A stretch of 60,732 nucleotides of DNA, the filler included, from Hausera hauseri (taxonomy: Eukaryota): the NCBI GenBank assembly GCA_046269625.1. It is 11 parts of 11 records of this genome, joined end to end, with 100 filler letters (N's around TTAATTAATTAA, not from the genome) between each part and the next. Parts side by side here need not be neighbours in the genome. Positions count along the whole stretch, not along the records: positions 1 to 5,267 come from JBJURY010295168.1; positions 5,368 to 9,920 come from JBJURY010530233.1; positions 10,021 to 14,449 come from JBJURY010587000.1; 8 more parts are not named here. One strand, written 5' to 3'. Numbering within the stretch: position 1 is the stretch's first letter; each line of letters begins with the position of its first letter. Made by a program: the position numbers and the translations under genes. Below the pieces are notes generated by a model. It worked only from the letters and a program-made list of their open reading frames with translations, was not told the DNA's origin and did no database searches. Positions 1 through 11,254 of the stretch are shown piece after piece.

Positions 1-934
1 AATGTAAGTAAATTGAAGTTTAGGCCATTATGATTGACCATTTACTATCATTAGATAGTTGTAAACAAATCTGATATTTCATATCTAATTTCATATGTTG
101 TACATATTTGAACGAACAAACTAATTTGTAATTTATGGAATCATTGGGTCCAAACTTTAAATTGTATACGTTGAGAGTCAACTTCTTAATGATAATATTT
201 TGTTCGAGAAAACTATTCGATGTAAGTTTTCTAATCAAGTTATCTTCACTAAATATTTGGTTGAAGATATCTACAGTATTATGAAGATACAGTTGGATCG
301 TTAATGTATGCCGATAATACATTACCGAAAAGATATCAGATATTCAAGAGCAATAGGAAATGCCGATATTATTGTAAAGGTATGAATCAGATACTGGAAT
401 GCTATCAGAGAAGAGTATATTTGAAAGTGTTACAATATTGCATGTATTCACAATAAAGCCTCCCGTTCAGACAGAAACGAATTTTGCTGTGAATTTGGGT
501 TTTTATAACAAATAGTCAGAAAAGTGAAAAATATAATATGAAAACAATTTTTGCTAAGAAAGCCGAAATGACGTATTTCGAGCCTTTAAATGTAACATTA
601 TTTGGCACTTGTTCAAATCCTTCTACTACGTTAAGAAATTTTGAACTTTTACAACATTTTCGTTACTTTTCGCGACCTTATGTTTTTTTAATATTCGATT
701 TATAGCATTTCCTTTATGTCCTGATGAAATAAAAAATGTCCATCGAATATAGCCTGTGGTTAGTCATGTGGTGACCAAAATTTATACACGAGGGAATGTG
801 CTATTGCGAATTAAACCAATACAATTTCCATTGACAGAACATCAAGAAAACAAATTGAATTTTAAGAAAAACATTATCTGAAGAAGCGGAATGAAAATTT
901 TGTCAAAATTCAAAATTTCTAAACATTGTGGGGG

Positions 935-1500
935 AGTAGGTAGAAGTGTCAGCTCGATACCACTTTCAAAAATTCTTTCTAAATCGGTTTTCTATATAAT
1001 TTCCCGACATATCGTACTATAACAAACATTTTACTAAAATTTTTGAGTGACAACCCCCCGGTGGGAAAAGCGTTTCGTATGTTAGACATAGGACCGACTG
1101 AAATCGGTAGAGCTCGACGAGGCCAGCAAAAGTTTATGGCGCGAGTAAGTCGGCAAATGTAAGGGAGAGGAGGTAGAAGACGAAAAACAAAAACAGGAAA
1201 TGCATCACCAGAAACGCGTCACACATTCATGGCGTACTAATACGATGGGCATACGTCAAATCGATGTCGACAAGTCGAATGGAAACACTTTCAACGTTGT
1301 TCAAATATGGGAACATGGGGAAAAATCGATGGGAAAAATTCAAACTCTAAAAATTTCCCATTGTTCAAGTCCAACGGCGACGGAAATTCAATGAGCACGT
1401 AGCCCGTGATCAGAAGCACATTTCGTATTATAATTGCCTCACGATTATACGATTGAAAATTGGTGAAAAATAATGCGAAAAGGCGTTGTTAAAATCTAAA
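935..1500 (+). repeat. Dispersed non-coding repeat, copy 1 (candidate Polinton terminal region)
   Basis: Begins AGTAGGTAGAAGTGTC, identical to 14761-14776. Colinear shared blocks with 14761-15335: TAGARCTCGAYGAGG, ATGGGAAAA..AAACTCTAAAAATTTCCCAT, TGAGCACGTAGCCC, GCCTCACGAT, TTGTTAAAA. Confidence 0.75.
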
Positions 1501-1990
1501 GTTTTATTTTGTGGTTGTCATATCGTGTCGTGTCGTACAATAATCGAAATGGAAATTTTCAAAATTATGAGCAACATTATCATCGTCATAATTCTCAAAC
1601 CATGAGCACGTAACCAGGTACTACTGCTACCTTTGCTCACAGTGAACAAGGGGCGCGAGAATGTAACTGACAACAACCGACCTGCCTGGCTGCATGCCTG
1701 TGTGCATGAAACTGTTTGCTGCAACAACTGCACAAAATAAAGAGTTGTCGCGCCCAACAAAATATTTCTGTGTTCGCGTGTTTTTAGAAAAAGTGCTGCG
1801 AAAAATAACACACATGTATAACAGAATACTGTATTTCCCAAAATAAACACAAAGTAAATAAGTCAGTAAGTAGTGGTAGTAGTAGTAGTAGTAGTGTTCA
1901 ATACATGATAATCATGACCATTGTTCATCCAAGTGTCTGTAATTTAAGCCAAAATAAGTAATAATGTCCACACAATACGGTCAGTGGATG

Positions 1991-2330
1991 TTAATAATGA
2001 AGTTTGTTGTATTCGACACGATATGACGACTGTCTTTCAATTTGAGAAAGTAACGATGACGGATAGTAAAATCCGAGCCGATCGAATACCTTGACGGCGA
2101 AGGTGGTAGAATATACGTACACAGCAATCCGATGTTTGCCAGGTAACGATGATGTGTGTATTGACAACGAAGCCGCCGCCACCATTAGTTTTTTGTAAGT
2201 TGCGCGGTACACAATCCAGCGGAAACACTGCGAAATTTCTCGCCCATGAGCAGTTTTCCGTAGCGATTGATCTCGATGGAACAAAATATAAAACGTGGGA
2301 TTAAAGCATAACAATATTAATAATCAATTA
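1991..2330 (-). pseudogene. Polinton/Maverick adenain-like cysteine protease, frameshifted fragment
   Basis: Joining two frames gives VFPLDCVP...FVVNTH/TSSLPGKHRIAVYVY...VFDRLGFYYP, matching the Polinton protease pattern GVFPxD..NTxxSxxPGxHW..FDSxG. Lies immediately downstream of the capsid fragment. Confidence 0.75.
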
Positions 2331-2377
2331 CTTCATATTATTGAGTAGTAGTATGGCAAGAGTGATTCATTAAATTT

Positions 2378-2630
2378 ATTTATACAATGACGGTTCCGTA
2401 TTTTGTTATTTCCACCTCGGAATCAAATACACCGTAAATATACATCACGGTAGACTGTTCCAACGCTTTGACAAAATGAACCTCCAGTCGCAGGTTTCCC
2501 TGTTGAGGTAATTGAACCTACTCAACGTCGAAGATTGGAGTCAGGACAAATGTGAAGAATAGGTAGGTGGACTTGAACAAATCCATCGATATGCCATTAT
2601 TGACATTTAAGTTCAGCAAGCCCATGATGC
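2378..2630 (-). pseudogene. Polinton/Maverick major capsid protein C-terminal fragment
   Basis: NNGISMDLFKSTYLFFTFVLTP...*VQLPQQGNLRLEVHFVKALEQSTVMYIYGVFDSEVEI (read through one stop) matches the C-terminus of the Polinton double-jelly-roll capsid (F54H12.2-like). Confidence 0.8.
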
Positions 2631-5267
2631 GCACGATTGATTGCCTATTTGTGCAAACATAATCATTTGACTCAGAGTCTTGTTTGTACGTATTATGTGA
2701 CCCGAATGGAGTAATATGACCCTTTCTATGGACTGGAGGGACAGCATACATGGGATAACTGAGACCGCATTCTCCAACGAAGTGAGGTAAAGTTCCTAAA
2801 TGACGAACATCAGCGAGTGATAGAAGAACGGAATTGATCCTTTTAGCGTCCTCTGTTGCTTGATTGACATGAATTGCTAAAATTTGAGTACCATCCACAG
2901 TTAAGTAAACAAATAAAATTATTTATCTGTAACAGATACCAAGACGCTTCATTTTCGCCTGTTCTAGAAAAAGTACGTAAATTAATAATCGTAGTTGTCA
3001 TTTTCGCGGCCATAACAGTAAAAATCCACAACTTCAAATTACGATATAGTTTCAAAAGTTAAATTCAAATCGAAACTGAAAATTTACAAATTACCACTGA
3101 CAACAAACTCGTTGATCATGTCCAGAATGAAACAGAAACTGATCGATTTATTTTCTAATGTCTTATTATTTACAAATTTCAAATCACCAATTCTAAGTTT
3201 TTTATTAAAACAAAGTCCTCATGAATAACGTTTGACAAAAAAATTAATATCATAAATATCGTGTGCTGTTTGGCGATGAAGTATATCAATCCTCTGATTC
3301 AGAAGTTCGATATATTTGTCGAATGTAATTGTAGTGAAAGAAATTCGAGAAAAAATACTCATGTCATGGAAGATACAGAATTTATACACAATTAGCATTT
3401 GACAGCTTTTTGTACTTTCAGTAAGTGATATAGTTGAATTCATCTAAACACTCAGCTCACTCCGCCACACGCACACAAACTGGACAAAGGCATGCTTTCA
3501 TATCTTGATTTTTTCAACAAATGTAGCTTGAGATTGTGCAAAACTGCCAAATGTCATATTAATTCAAGTACAGGAAGTCTCGGTATTCTGGTCAATTGCC
3601 GACTCGTCAATTACAAGTCAACAACAGACATATGCAAAAATACAACAGGATCAGTTAATTGATGAGAACAAAACAAATCTGAACAACATATACAACCACT
3701 GAGTAGATTCGAAAACAAGGTCTTATTAAAAAACCAAGGTGTAAGCAGTATAACACTTCAATACTCTGTCGCATTTTACAAATAACAGACAACCGGCGTC
3801 ATAATTTACCTAATCGACAATGAAGAATCAGCATAATAAACTCTTCAAGAATTCTCTGTCAATAAATGGCCAGTGCAGCATAAAAACATTTATCAAAAAA
3901 GCAATCACTAATCGTTAGCCAACGAGACCGGTCAATCAACTGCTTTTTAGAAATTCTTCAGTGCATTGTCAAGCACGAGAATTAAATGCCAATCGCATTT
4001 CACTCATTCTGTGTGTTTGAGCTTTTGTTATCAAAAATGAAATGTCCTTTTTAAAATTAGCACAGAGACAGCGAGTACGTCGGGCATTGATTTCACAACG
4101 AACGACAGGCAGTAGACCAAAACACTAATTCCTGATTTTCACTTTCGAGAATGATTGTATCGTAAGGATAATTGCTAAATATTTGTCTGAAAAGTTTTGC
4201 ATTTTTCAAACGTTTGTGCCTTGAAGAGATGCCATTTTGAAGTTGTCGTCCAGGTCCTTCTCTAAATTGAATCTCAATAAATTAGAGAATTCAGTGATTT
4301 GCAATGTAAAGGTCGAATAAAGTCTTCTCGAAAATTCCTTTTTATATTCACTATGCTGGAAACATGTTTGTGCGATTGTCTTGGCCACATACAATACCAT
4401 TTTACTTTTCGCGTCATCACTCGAATGGACGGCTTGGTTCATTCTTGGTTCCTATATGATTCTCGCATATCACTTGCCATATTAAATGTGGACGAAAAAA
4501 CAATGCATTGGTAATACGAACACGAAACTGCAGTTTTCTTTAAAATTGAGTTTGCACCTTTAAATTCAATGGATGATATGTTTTAAACAATTGAGAAATT
4601 ACATTAAATCTTGGTCCATAAAATATCAGTTTGACAAATATCACGACAAGATAGAGTTGTGCCATTTCCTGTTGTTGACGTGATAATGGAATAAAGGCTA
4701 AAGTCAAAGGAATGAGAGTTATGTACAATGTTGTTTTCTAGCAATATGTACAAATGGTCAACAACAACAAAATGAAGCAGGTATCGACCATATGCAACCC
4801 AAGTTGTTGCCTGTAATCGCAGTAGGCCAATTCCCTTCTAAGCTCATCTGGACACAATTTATGAATGATCTTCTTTGGTACTTTGTTCGACTGTTGTTTG
4901 GGTGAGCAATTCTTCAGAAAGAGTATTAACTATGGTTGAATTTGTTTCATTGGCGGAAGATCTGGGCCAGACGCGGCTGCAGTGGAGGCCCGGCCGTGTC
5001 CAACCAATTGGGCCAAAGGGCACCGGCCGCTGTGGGCACCACAGTACGTCTCAACGAAATCCGCATTTCGACCCAAACTGATGTAATTCACATTGCTATG
5101 GGTAAACGTTTACGAATCGGTGGTATAACTGCCCGTTTGTTCAACAGTCGTTTGAAATGTAACGAGTACAAATTTCGGCAATCGCATGTAGCCAAACAGT
5201 GCATCTTTGTAAAACGTAGTTGAACCTTTGGGTATGGTGTAAAACACGAGTTCTGTGCGTTGTATCG

Positions 5268-5367
5268 NNNNNNNNNNNNNNNNNNNNNNNNNNNNNNNNN
5301 NNNNNNNNNNNTTAATTAATTAANNNNNNNNNNNNNNNNNNNNNNNNNNNNNNNNNNNNNNNNNNNN
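5268..5367. other. Artificial contig-joining spacer (first of ten)
   Basis: 44 N + TTAATTAATTAA (stops in all six frames) + 44 N. Same spacer at 9921-10020, 14450-14549, 19003-19102, 25183-25282, 29821-29920, 36496-36595, 40712-40811, 45398-45497 and 50805-50904. Confidence 0.99.
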
Positions 5368-5587
5368 AGTTAAAAATAAGACAACTAAAAAGCCAGTGCG
5401 AGCTGCATATAAGCATTCCCGTTTAGAAAAAATCATAATAGGTTCAATAACTCCAATAGCAATAATGATAATAGTAATAATAGCCATTAAAGTGATACAA
5501 CGACATCGACGTAAAAGGAGACAAAGCTGGGTAAGAATTAACTTACGAGAGCTAACGAATCCGTTAGCCATAAATAGTCCCAGCTGA
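5368..5587 (+). CDS. C-terminal end of a single-pass membrane protein (retroelement accessory ORF, third subfamily)
   Basis: Hydrophobic IIIGSITPIAIMIIVIIAI followed by basic RHRRKRR. Same position, just upstream of the DEDDh-like ORF, as the TM ORFs of contigs 3 and 5. Truncated by the contig edge. Confidence 0.45.
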
Positions 5588-5767
5588 CGGTGGAATTTAT
5601 GGATTGCTATTAACGCACCCTTTTGATAAAGATAACCACAAGTCACCAGGTTACCAATAGAAGTAAAATAACTTATAAAACCACAACGATTACCACTGTA
5701 TGTCTGATAACCGTTATGTGGTGTGTAGATATCGTTATTGACTTGTCATTGACATTTCTCCTTACAG

Positions 5768-7017
5768 TATCCACGTCGATATCAGTTTCGACAGCTCACC
5801 AGATACAATCAATTTTGCGATCAAAGCACTGGTTTGTAAATGCTAAGACCCACCTGATAAATGCTACGCCCAGTAATCAGTACTACGTAACTCACAGTGA
5901 CTATACCTATAGTCTAAATTATCCGCAAACGCCACAAATGCCTAACAATCTCAAGGGGTACAGCATGGGCAATAGATCGCTTGCCCTGATACAACTAACG
6001 AAGGCGACCTCTTTTCACCTCCAGGATCTAATAATTCTACCAGAATGATTTCACTTAATAAATGTATACAATATAGCCGGCAAACTCCACATCAAGACTA
6101 CGAGTTGTAAAACCTCCATTCAAGGAGATATAATCAATTTGGACCCAGATCATGCGTTAGCATTCGATTATAGCTTTATAAAAAGCCACGCCTTTAAAAT
6201 TCGGTCTCTCTCTAACTCAATCATGATAGCTTTCGAAATTATCAAACGTGAGAATTTCCAAGCGTTAATCCCAGAAGGAAAATGTTTTCATCGTTCTGAA
6301 CTGGACTGCGTCAAATACAAAACTATCCTGTACAGAAGGATACAAAATATCACGAACAAAGATGTGGTCATCGCTGCTGTTAATCTAGCATATGACCAGT
6401 GGAACCAAATGCAGCCGATCGAATGCTCAGTCATAACATTAGACGGCCAGACCCTTTTCTACAGCATTACTTCCCCACGCCAAAGAATCAACAACTTTGA
6501 TACCCATCTTACGGGTTTGGCGAAAGCAAATATAAACAACCAGATGGATGTGAACGACTTTTATCACAAATATCTGAAGTTTGTACGGATAAAGTTATAA
6601 TAGGAGCCGATGTACTCCAGATGGTAATCATGTATTGCAAATGCCCATTCAGGCGGGTAGCCGGAGTTCGCAATATTCTTTATCACGAAGAGGCTATCCG
6701 CAAATACCAATTAACCACCAATACTTATAAGGAGTTGGCTAAAAAGTTCTACGACACTCGTGGAATGCCACTCCCAAGTACAGCCTTGGTACAGTGTTAC
6801 CAGGCCATCTATAAACAATTAAAATAGACCGACGAAATTATCACCCAGTCTTCGGCCTCCGAACAGGTGCGAATAGCACCAATTTCTGGAAGGAAACGCA
6901 AGTTCCAGACGGATGAAACCGTAACAGTCAATGGTGAGATTTACGAGCCAGAGTCGATCAGGTACAAGAGTAAAACTTCAGACAAATTCATACACATCCC
7001 CTTATCGTTGGATTAGT
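5768..7017 (+). pseudogene. DEDDh (REX/ISG20-like) exonuclease-fold accessory protein, divergent copy without RING
   Basis: PNNLKGYSMGNRSL / SFHLQDLI / AFKIRSL align with PNDLKGTTEENRAI / AHSLKELI / FKFRIAAL of 20320-22728. PIECSVITLDGQTLFYSITSPRQRINNFDTHLTGL...KVIIG follows the DEDDh pattern. Stops at 6046 and 6825, frameshift near 6585. Preceded by acceptor-like CATTGACATTTCTCCTTACAG. Confidence 0.65.
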
Positions 7018-7920
7018 AATAATCAGTCATCCCCTCAACGTCACAAAATTTGGGACAATTTTCTTTGACCCATGATTCTTTCTGATGACATTTTACTATT
7101 TTTAATCCTTCAATGAAACATTTATTTTTTCTCCACTCGCTGACTTTATTTGCTGTTGTCTAAAAAAATGGGAGTGACATTTTGCTAATTTTAAAAGGGG
7201 AAGGAAAAAGATTTTCTGTCCTTTTGGTAATGTGGCGTGTAAATTTTTCATGCTGTGTATATGATTAGTTTTGTTGTATTATCCTAAAAAGGACATATGG
7301 TCCTAATATAGACATGTATACATTTTCACTAACAGCTATATAAGCAACTGTATTTGATACAAAAATTTGAAAATTGTTACTTATTATTTCTCGATTTGAA
7401 GTAATTATGTCATCCTGTAAGTATATTATATTTTTGTCTCTGAGTGCATGGTAAAAGTTTTTATTGTTGTTCGTTTGCATTTCAATAAAATACTATAGTA
7501 GTATTCATTGACGTTGATCTTCTTATTTGAGTAAAGAAAGTAAATAAATAAATCCTAATTAACTTGGTACTTGGTCGTCTAGGTCTAACTCTACCTAACG
7601 ACCGCCCGTTTAATTACCCAACTAAAGGCATAGGATACTAATCCGTAGTAAGTAAAGTTGAATAACTTCATTGACTTCTTAATACACATTACTGACTAAC
7701 AGTTAGGTAGGACCACGTACAACTTCTTTCACCAACGATTTAAAATAAACGTTAATTGTTCTCTTCACTAATTAAATATTAAGTAATCGTCATTCTGAAG
7801 AAAATTGGTGAGGGTTGAACAATAAGTTCCATGTAAAATTAGGCTAAAATATTTATCTCCAATGTACACTTCAAATTTGTTAAATTTGTTGTGTATTATT
7901 CTCGAGTTTATTTTTAACAG

Positions 7921-8410
7921 ACTGAAAGTCGGGCTAGTCTTAGCCTTATAGTGAGTTCTCAAAATAGACAAGTACTAATTAATAGGTTTGTTATCAAAAT
8001 GATCTATTTCTATAAAAATAGTACCGAGGAGGCGATGCGACGCGAATCACAAACTTGGTGGATGTTTTTATTATGTATGGAATTAGTTGGGGTTTAGGAT
8101 TTTAGTGAGTCGTCAAGAAGCGACTTGACAGCCCGTCTTCAGGTAATATCACAATGATAAAACCTGAGAATAAGAAATGTTACTTATTTATGCCGTGAAC
8201 GCAGCCCAATAACAAGAACATACAATTTCCGATACTAAAATTAAATACAATGAGAGTTTGGCAGGTAGTGCTACAAGAGCAGAACCTTTATCACAAAATT
8301 TTATGGCGGATTTTGGTAAGTAATGTCTCGAAGACAAAACCCTTTATTAGATGAAGATATCAACTTTGGAAATACTGAAATTGGTCAGTAATGTCGCTAG
8401 GACAAAACTG
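7921..8410 (+). other. Structured non-coding element with four tandem internal-loop hairpins, copy 1
   Basis: Units at 8139-8167, 8263-8287, 8319-8341 and 8386-8410 of form GT-AR-stem4-N5-stem4-RA-AC. Homologous to 31312-31810 on the minus strand. Confidence 0.65.
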
Positions 8411-9261
8411 TTATATTCAATGATTTTGCTACTTTAGTTATGGGACTGCGCACACAGAGCTGAGTAATAATATGAGGAGAACCCTTTAAAAACGATATTG
8501 GTTAAGCATATAATCATCAACATAAAAATAAACATTTCTACATACATTGTGATGATTCCAGTCATTTTCAGGTTCAGTAATGTTCTGTCAAAGTCAGGTC
8601 TGTCAGTGTCAGCTGTTCAGGAAAATCAACATACATTTTTTCTTACACTAACTGTCTAGTTGTACTTTTCTCTGCGTCTTCAGACAATCTGCAGCAGCTG
8701 AGACTCTGGGAGGTTCAACACCAAAAACTAAGCCGTCGACTGAATCAAGACGCCTTTCAAACAACTACAGTAGTTAACCTGCTCTATTGGTAGCTGTTAT
8801 GGTGTCTCCTTAATCTGTACAGACTGACCTTGGTCGTCTTTGAATACACAGCTTTATGGTGTTTTCTTTTGTTAATTGATTATAGTAAATATTTGAACAT
8901 CCATGTAAGTTTATAGACATTTAATTTGCAATTTGAACTTGTTAAAAATTCAAAAGATTTGGGCAAATATTCCATCTGCCCTTTGTGTGCAGTGAGGTGA
9001 ACATTAAAGTTAATTAATTAAACATTTTTGTCATCTTCTTTCTACAGTATAAATCAAATGATGCCTTTATTAAAAGCATTTATAAAACTTTTTTTCTGCC
9101 ATAAAGCAGTGGTCAAACTATTGGTAAATGTTAGTAATTTACTTTCAACAAATGGAAACCAAAAAGGTTTTAAAGTAAAGACGCTATGTAAACTCCTTAA
9201 CTACCACAGGTCACATTTCCACTGTATGCAAATAATTTGAGTACAATTGAGTGAAAATTGT

Positions 9262-9462
9262 ACAGCAGGGCTTCAACTCCAGTTCAGGAGGTTCGGTGAC
9301 CTCCAACCTTTGGATGTCTCTTCTTTAACACACCTGAGTCAAATCATGAGGTCAGAGGTCATTAGCACGACTCTGGAGAACTTGACTGTCCTAAGCTACA
9401 ATTTAATTCAGATGTGTTGGACCAGGACGTATCTTGCAGGACACCAGACATCGATGCCTTGA
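9262..9462 (+). repeat. Teleost-type short interspersed repeat (MITE-like)
   Basis: TCATTAGCACGACTCTGGAGAACTTGACTG...ATTCAGATGTGTTGGACCA...TTGCAGGACACCA is shared with 55333-55440 in the fish-like contig 11. Confidence 0.65.
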
Positions 9463-10799
9463 TCTGAGGATCCTGTCAGAGGATCAGTGAGTTCCTGCAG
9501 CAGCTCCATCGGATCAAAATGTAAATGAGATCTGAAAGATCCTGATCCTCCAGAAAGTGAAATAACACCAGACCTGATCCATCAGTCAGCTGTTTCGTCC
9601 TGTGTAGAGATAAATATAAACTGTTATTTATACACATAGAAAGTCACTAAACTAAAATCAAAATGCAATGCATTTCACTTAATTATATTCACTTAGTGAA
9701 ATATTATGTTGACTAAATAAAAGATTGACATTTTTCAAGCTTTTATTTTCTGCTTACATCTAATGAAAACACAACATTTAAGATTAAAATATTGCATCAG
9801 ACTAATTACATTTTTATTACAGAAATGTAAAAAAACAACTAAGAAAAAAACCTTTAGAGTTTATGCTAAATGGGACAGCTTATAGGAATGCTATCGTTTT
9901 AAAAAAAGTTATCTTTTATCNNNNNNNNNNNNNNNNNNNNNNNNNNNNNNNNNNNNNNNNNNNNTTAATTAATTAANNNNNNNNNNNNNNNNNNNNNNNN
10001 NNNNNNNNNNNNNNNNNNNNTGTTCCAAGAGCACCTGCAAATCGTGAAATATTTTGGACGAGGTAAAATTGTTTTGTATTTTTATAGTTTGATGCCTCAA
10101 ATATGCCTCCAATACATATTACCCTTAAAAATAATATAAAGTGGTGCTAGAATTCTGTAGTTATGCCAATGTGAACTAATTATTCATTTTATTATTATTA
10201 TTGTTATAATTTTCTTTTTTGGGTCACTATAACTGTCTGTTTGTTTTTTGTGCTCTCCCACTTGTCTTGTAGAATTAATGAATGGATTGCAGTTCCACTG
10301 GTAGATTTGACTGGAAAGCAAAGTGAAACAATCACAATGATTATGGCGGGGCAGTTGTAAATCCATTTTCTGTCAGTCAGTTAAAAGGTTTTGATGTCAG
10401 GAATCATATGCTGAAATGAGCCATTTTCATTTCTCCCTATTAACACGTCACAATGGGAATATTTGCATATGGCACCATCGCTCACAGGTCAAACCCTACA
10501 AAATCCTAACACAGATCTGCCATTTTGGTACACTGGTTTTTACATCTGTACCAGATTCACAATTTCCCGTCGTCATTTCGATTCTGTTCATACAGGACAG
10601 CTTTAGTTTAAGATCCTACACCTGACAGGGACGGTCTGCGTTACTCGGAAAGTTTTATCATCAATGTTTGACTCCTCCCAAATCTCCAAATCACAGGAGG
10701 CTATGCACTCCAATCGTCTTGGCACAAGTGTCTTGCAGACTCAAGGCTAAGCTAAACTTAACACCACATCAGCTTTTGTTACCACATTTGTCTCACTAA

Positions 10800-11254
10800 T
10801 GAATAATATAATAATTACAACACAAAACACGAATCGTCAAGATTTGGAATCACGTTAGAAAATGTCAATTTTTCGTCCACAAGAAATTTTTTTAACTCTT
10901 CAGCAAGCTTTCGTTTCTGCTACTATTCGACGCTACAGTCGAAGTTATTCTGTCCTTTTGTCATTTACTACTATATTTATATACTATATCAACTTGTAGA
11001 CAGCTGCGTATTATCTACATATTTTATTTACATTTTCAGATTACTCTCACATTTCCAACATATGTTTCGATTCTAAATTAACGGATTTTTATGCAACAAC
11101 TGCGGAAACAATAAATTTTCTACTCAGTAAATTTCTAATCTAATATTGGTTTACTTTCACCAATTTCTAATATTACCATAATGTATTTACAATTGGAATA
11201 TTTATTCAACCACTATGGTGCTATTTACAAACCACTACAGTGCTATTCACAACA
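10800..11254 (-). repeat. 3' LTR, partial (distal boundary uncertain)
   Basis: Minus strand reads PPT AGGGAGGAGAAA (11255-11266) then TGTTGTG. TATA-like GTATATAAAT near 10975-10985. Confidence 0.6.

Noticed and set aside
3200-5267. Possible host gene exons on the minus strand
   Set aside because: Coding-like fragments are present, but I could not support a family assignment or a consistent exon structure.
7190-7240. PPT and LTR start for the contig 2 element
   Set aside because: A purine run (AAAAGGGGAAGGAAAAAG) exists but is not directly followed by TG, and no second LTR copy is available to fix the boundary.
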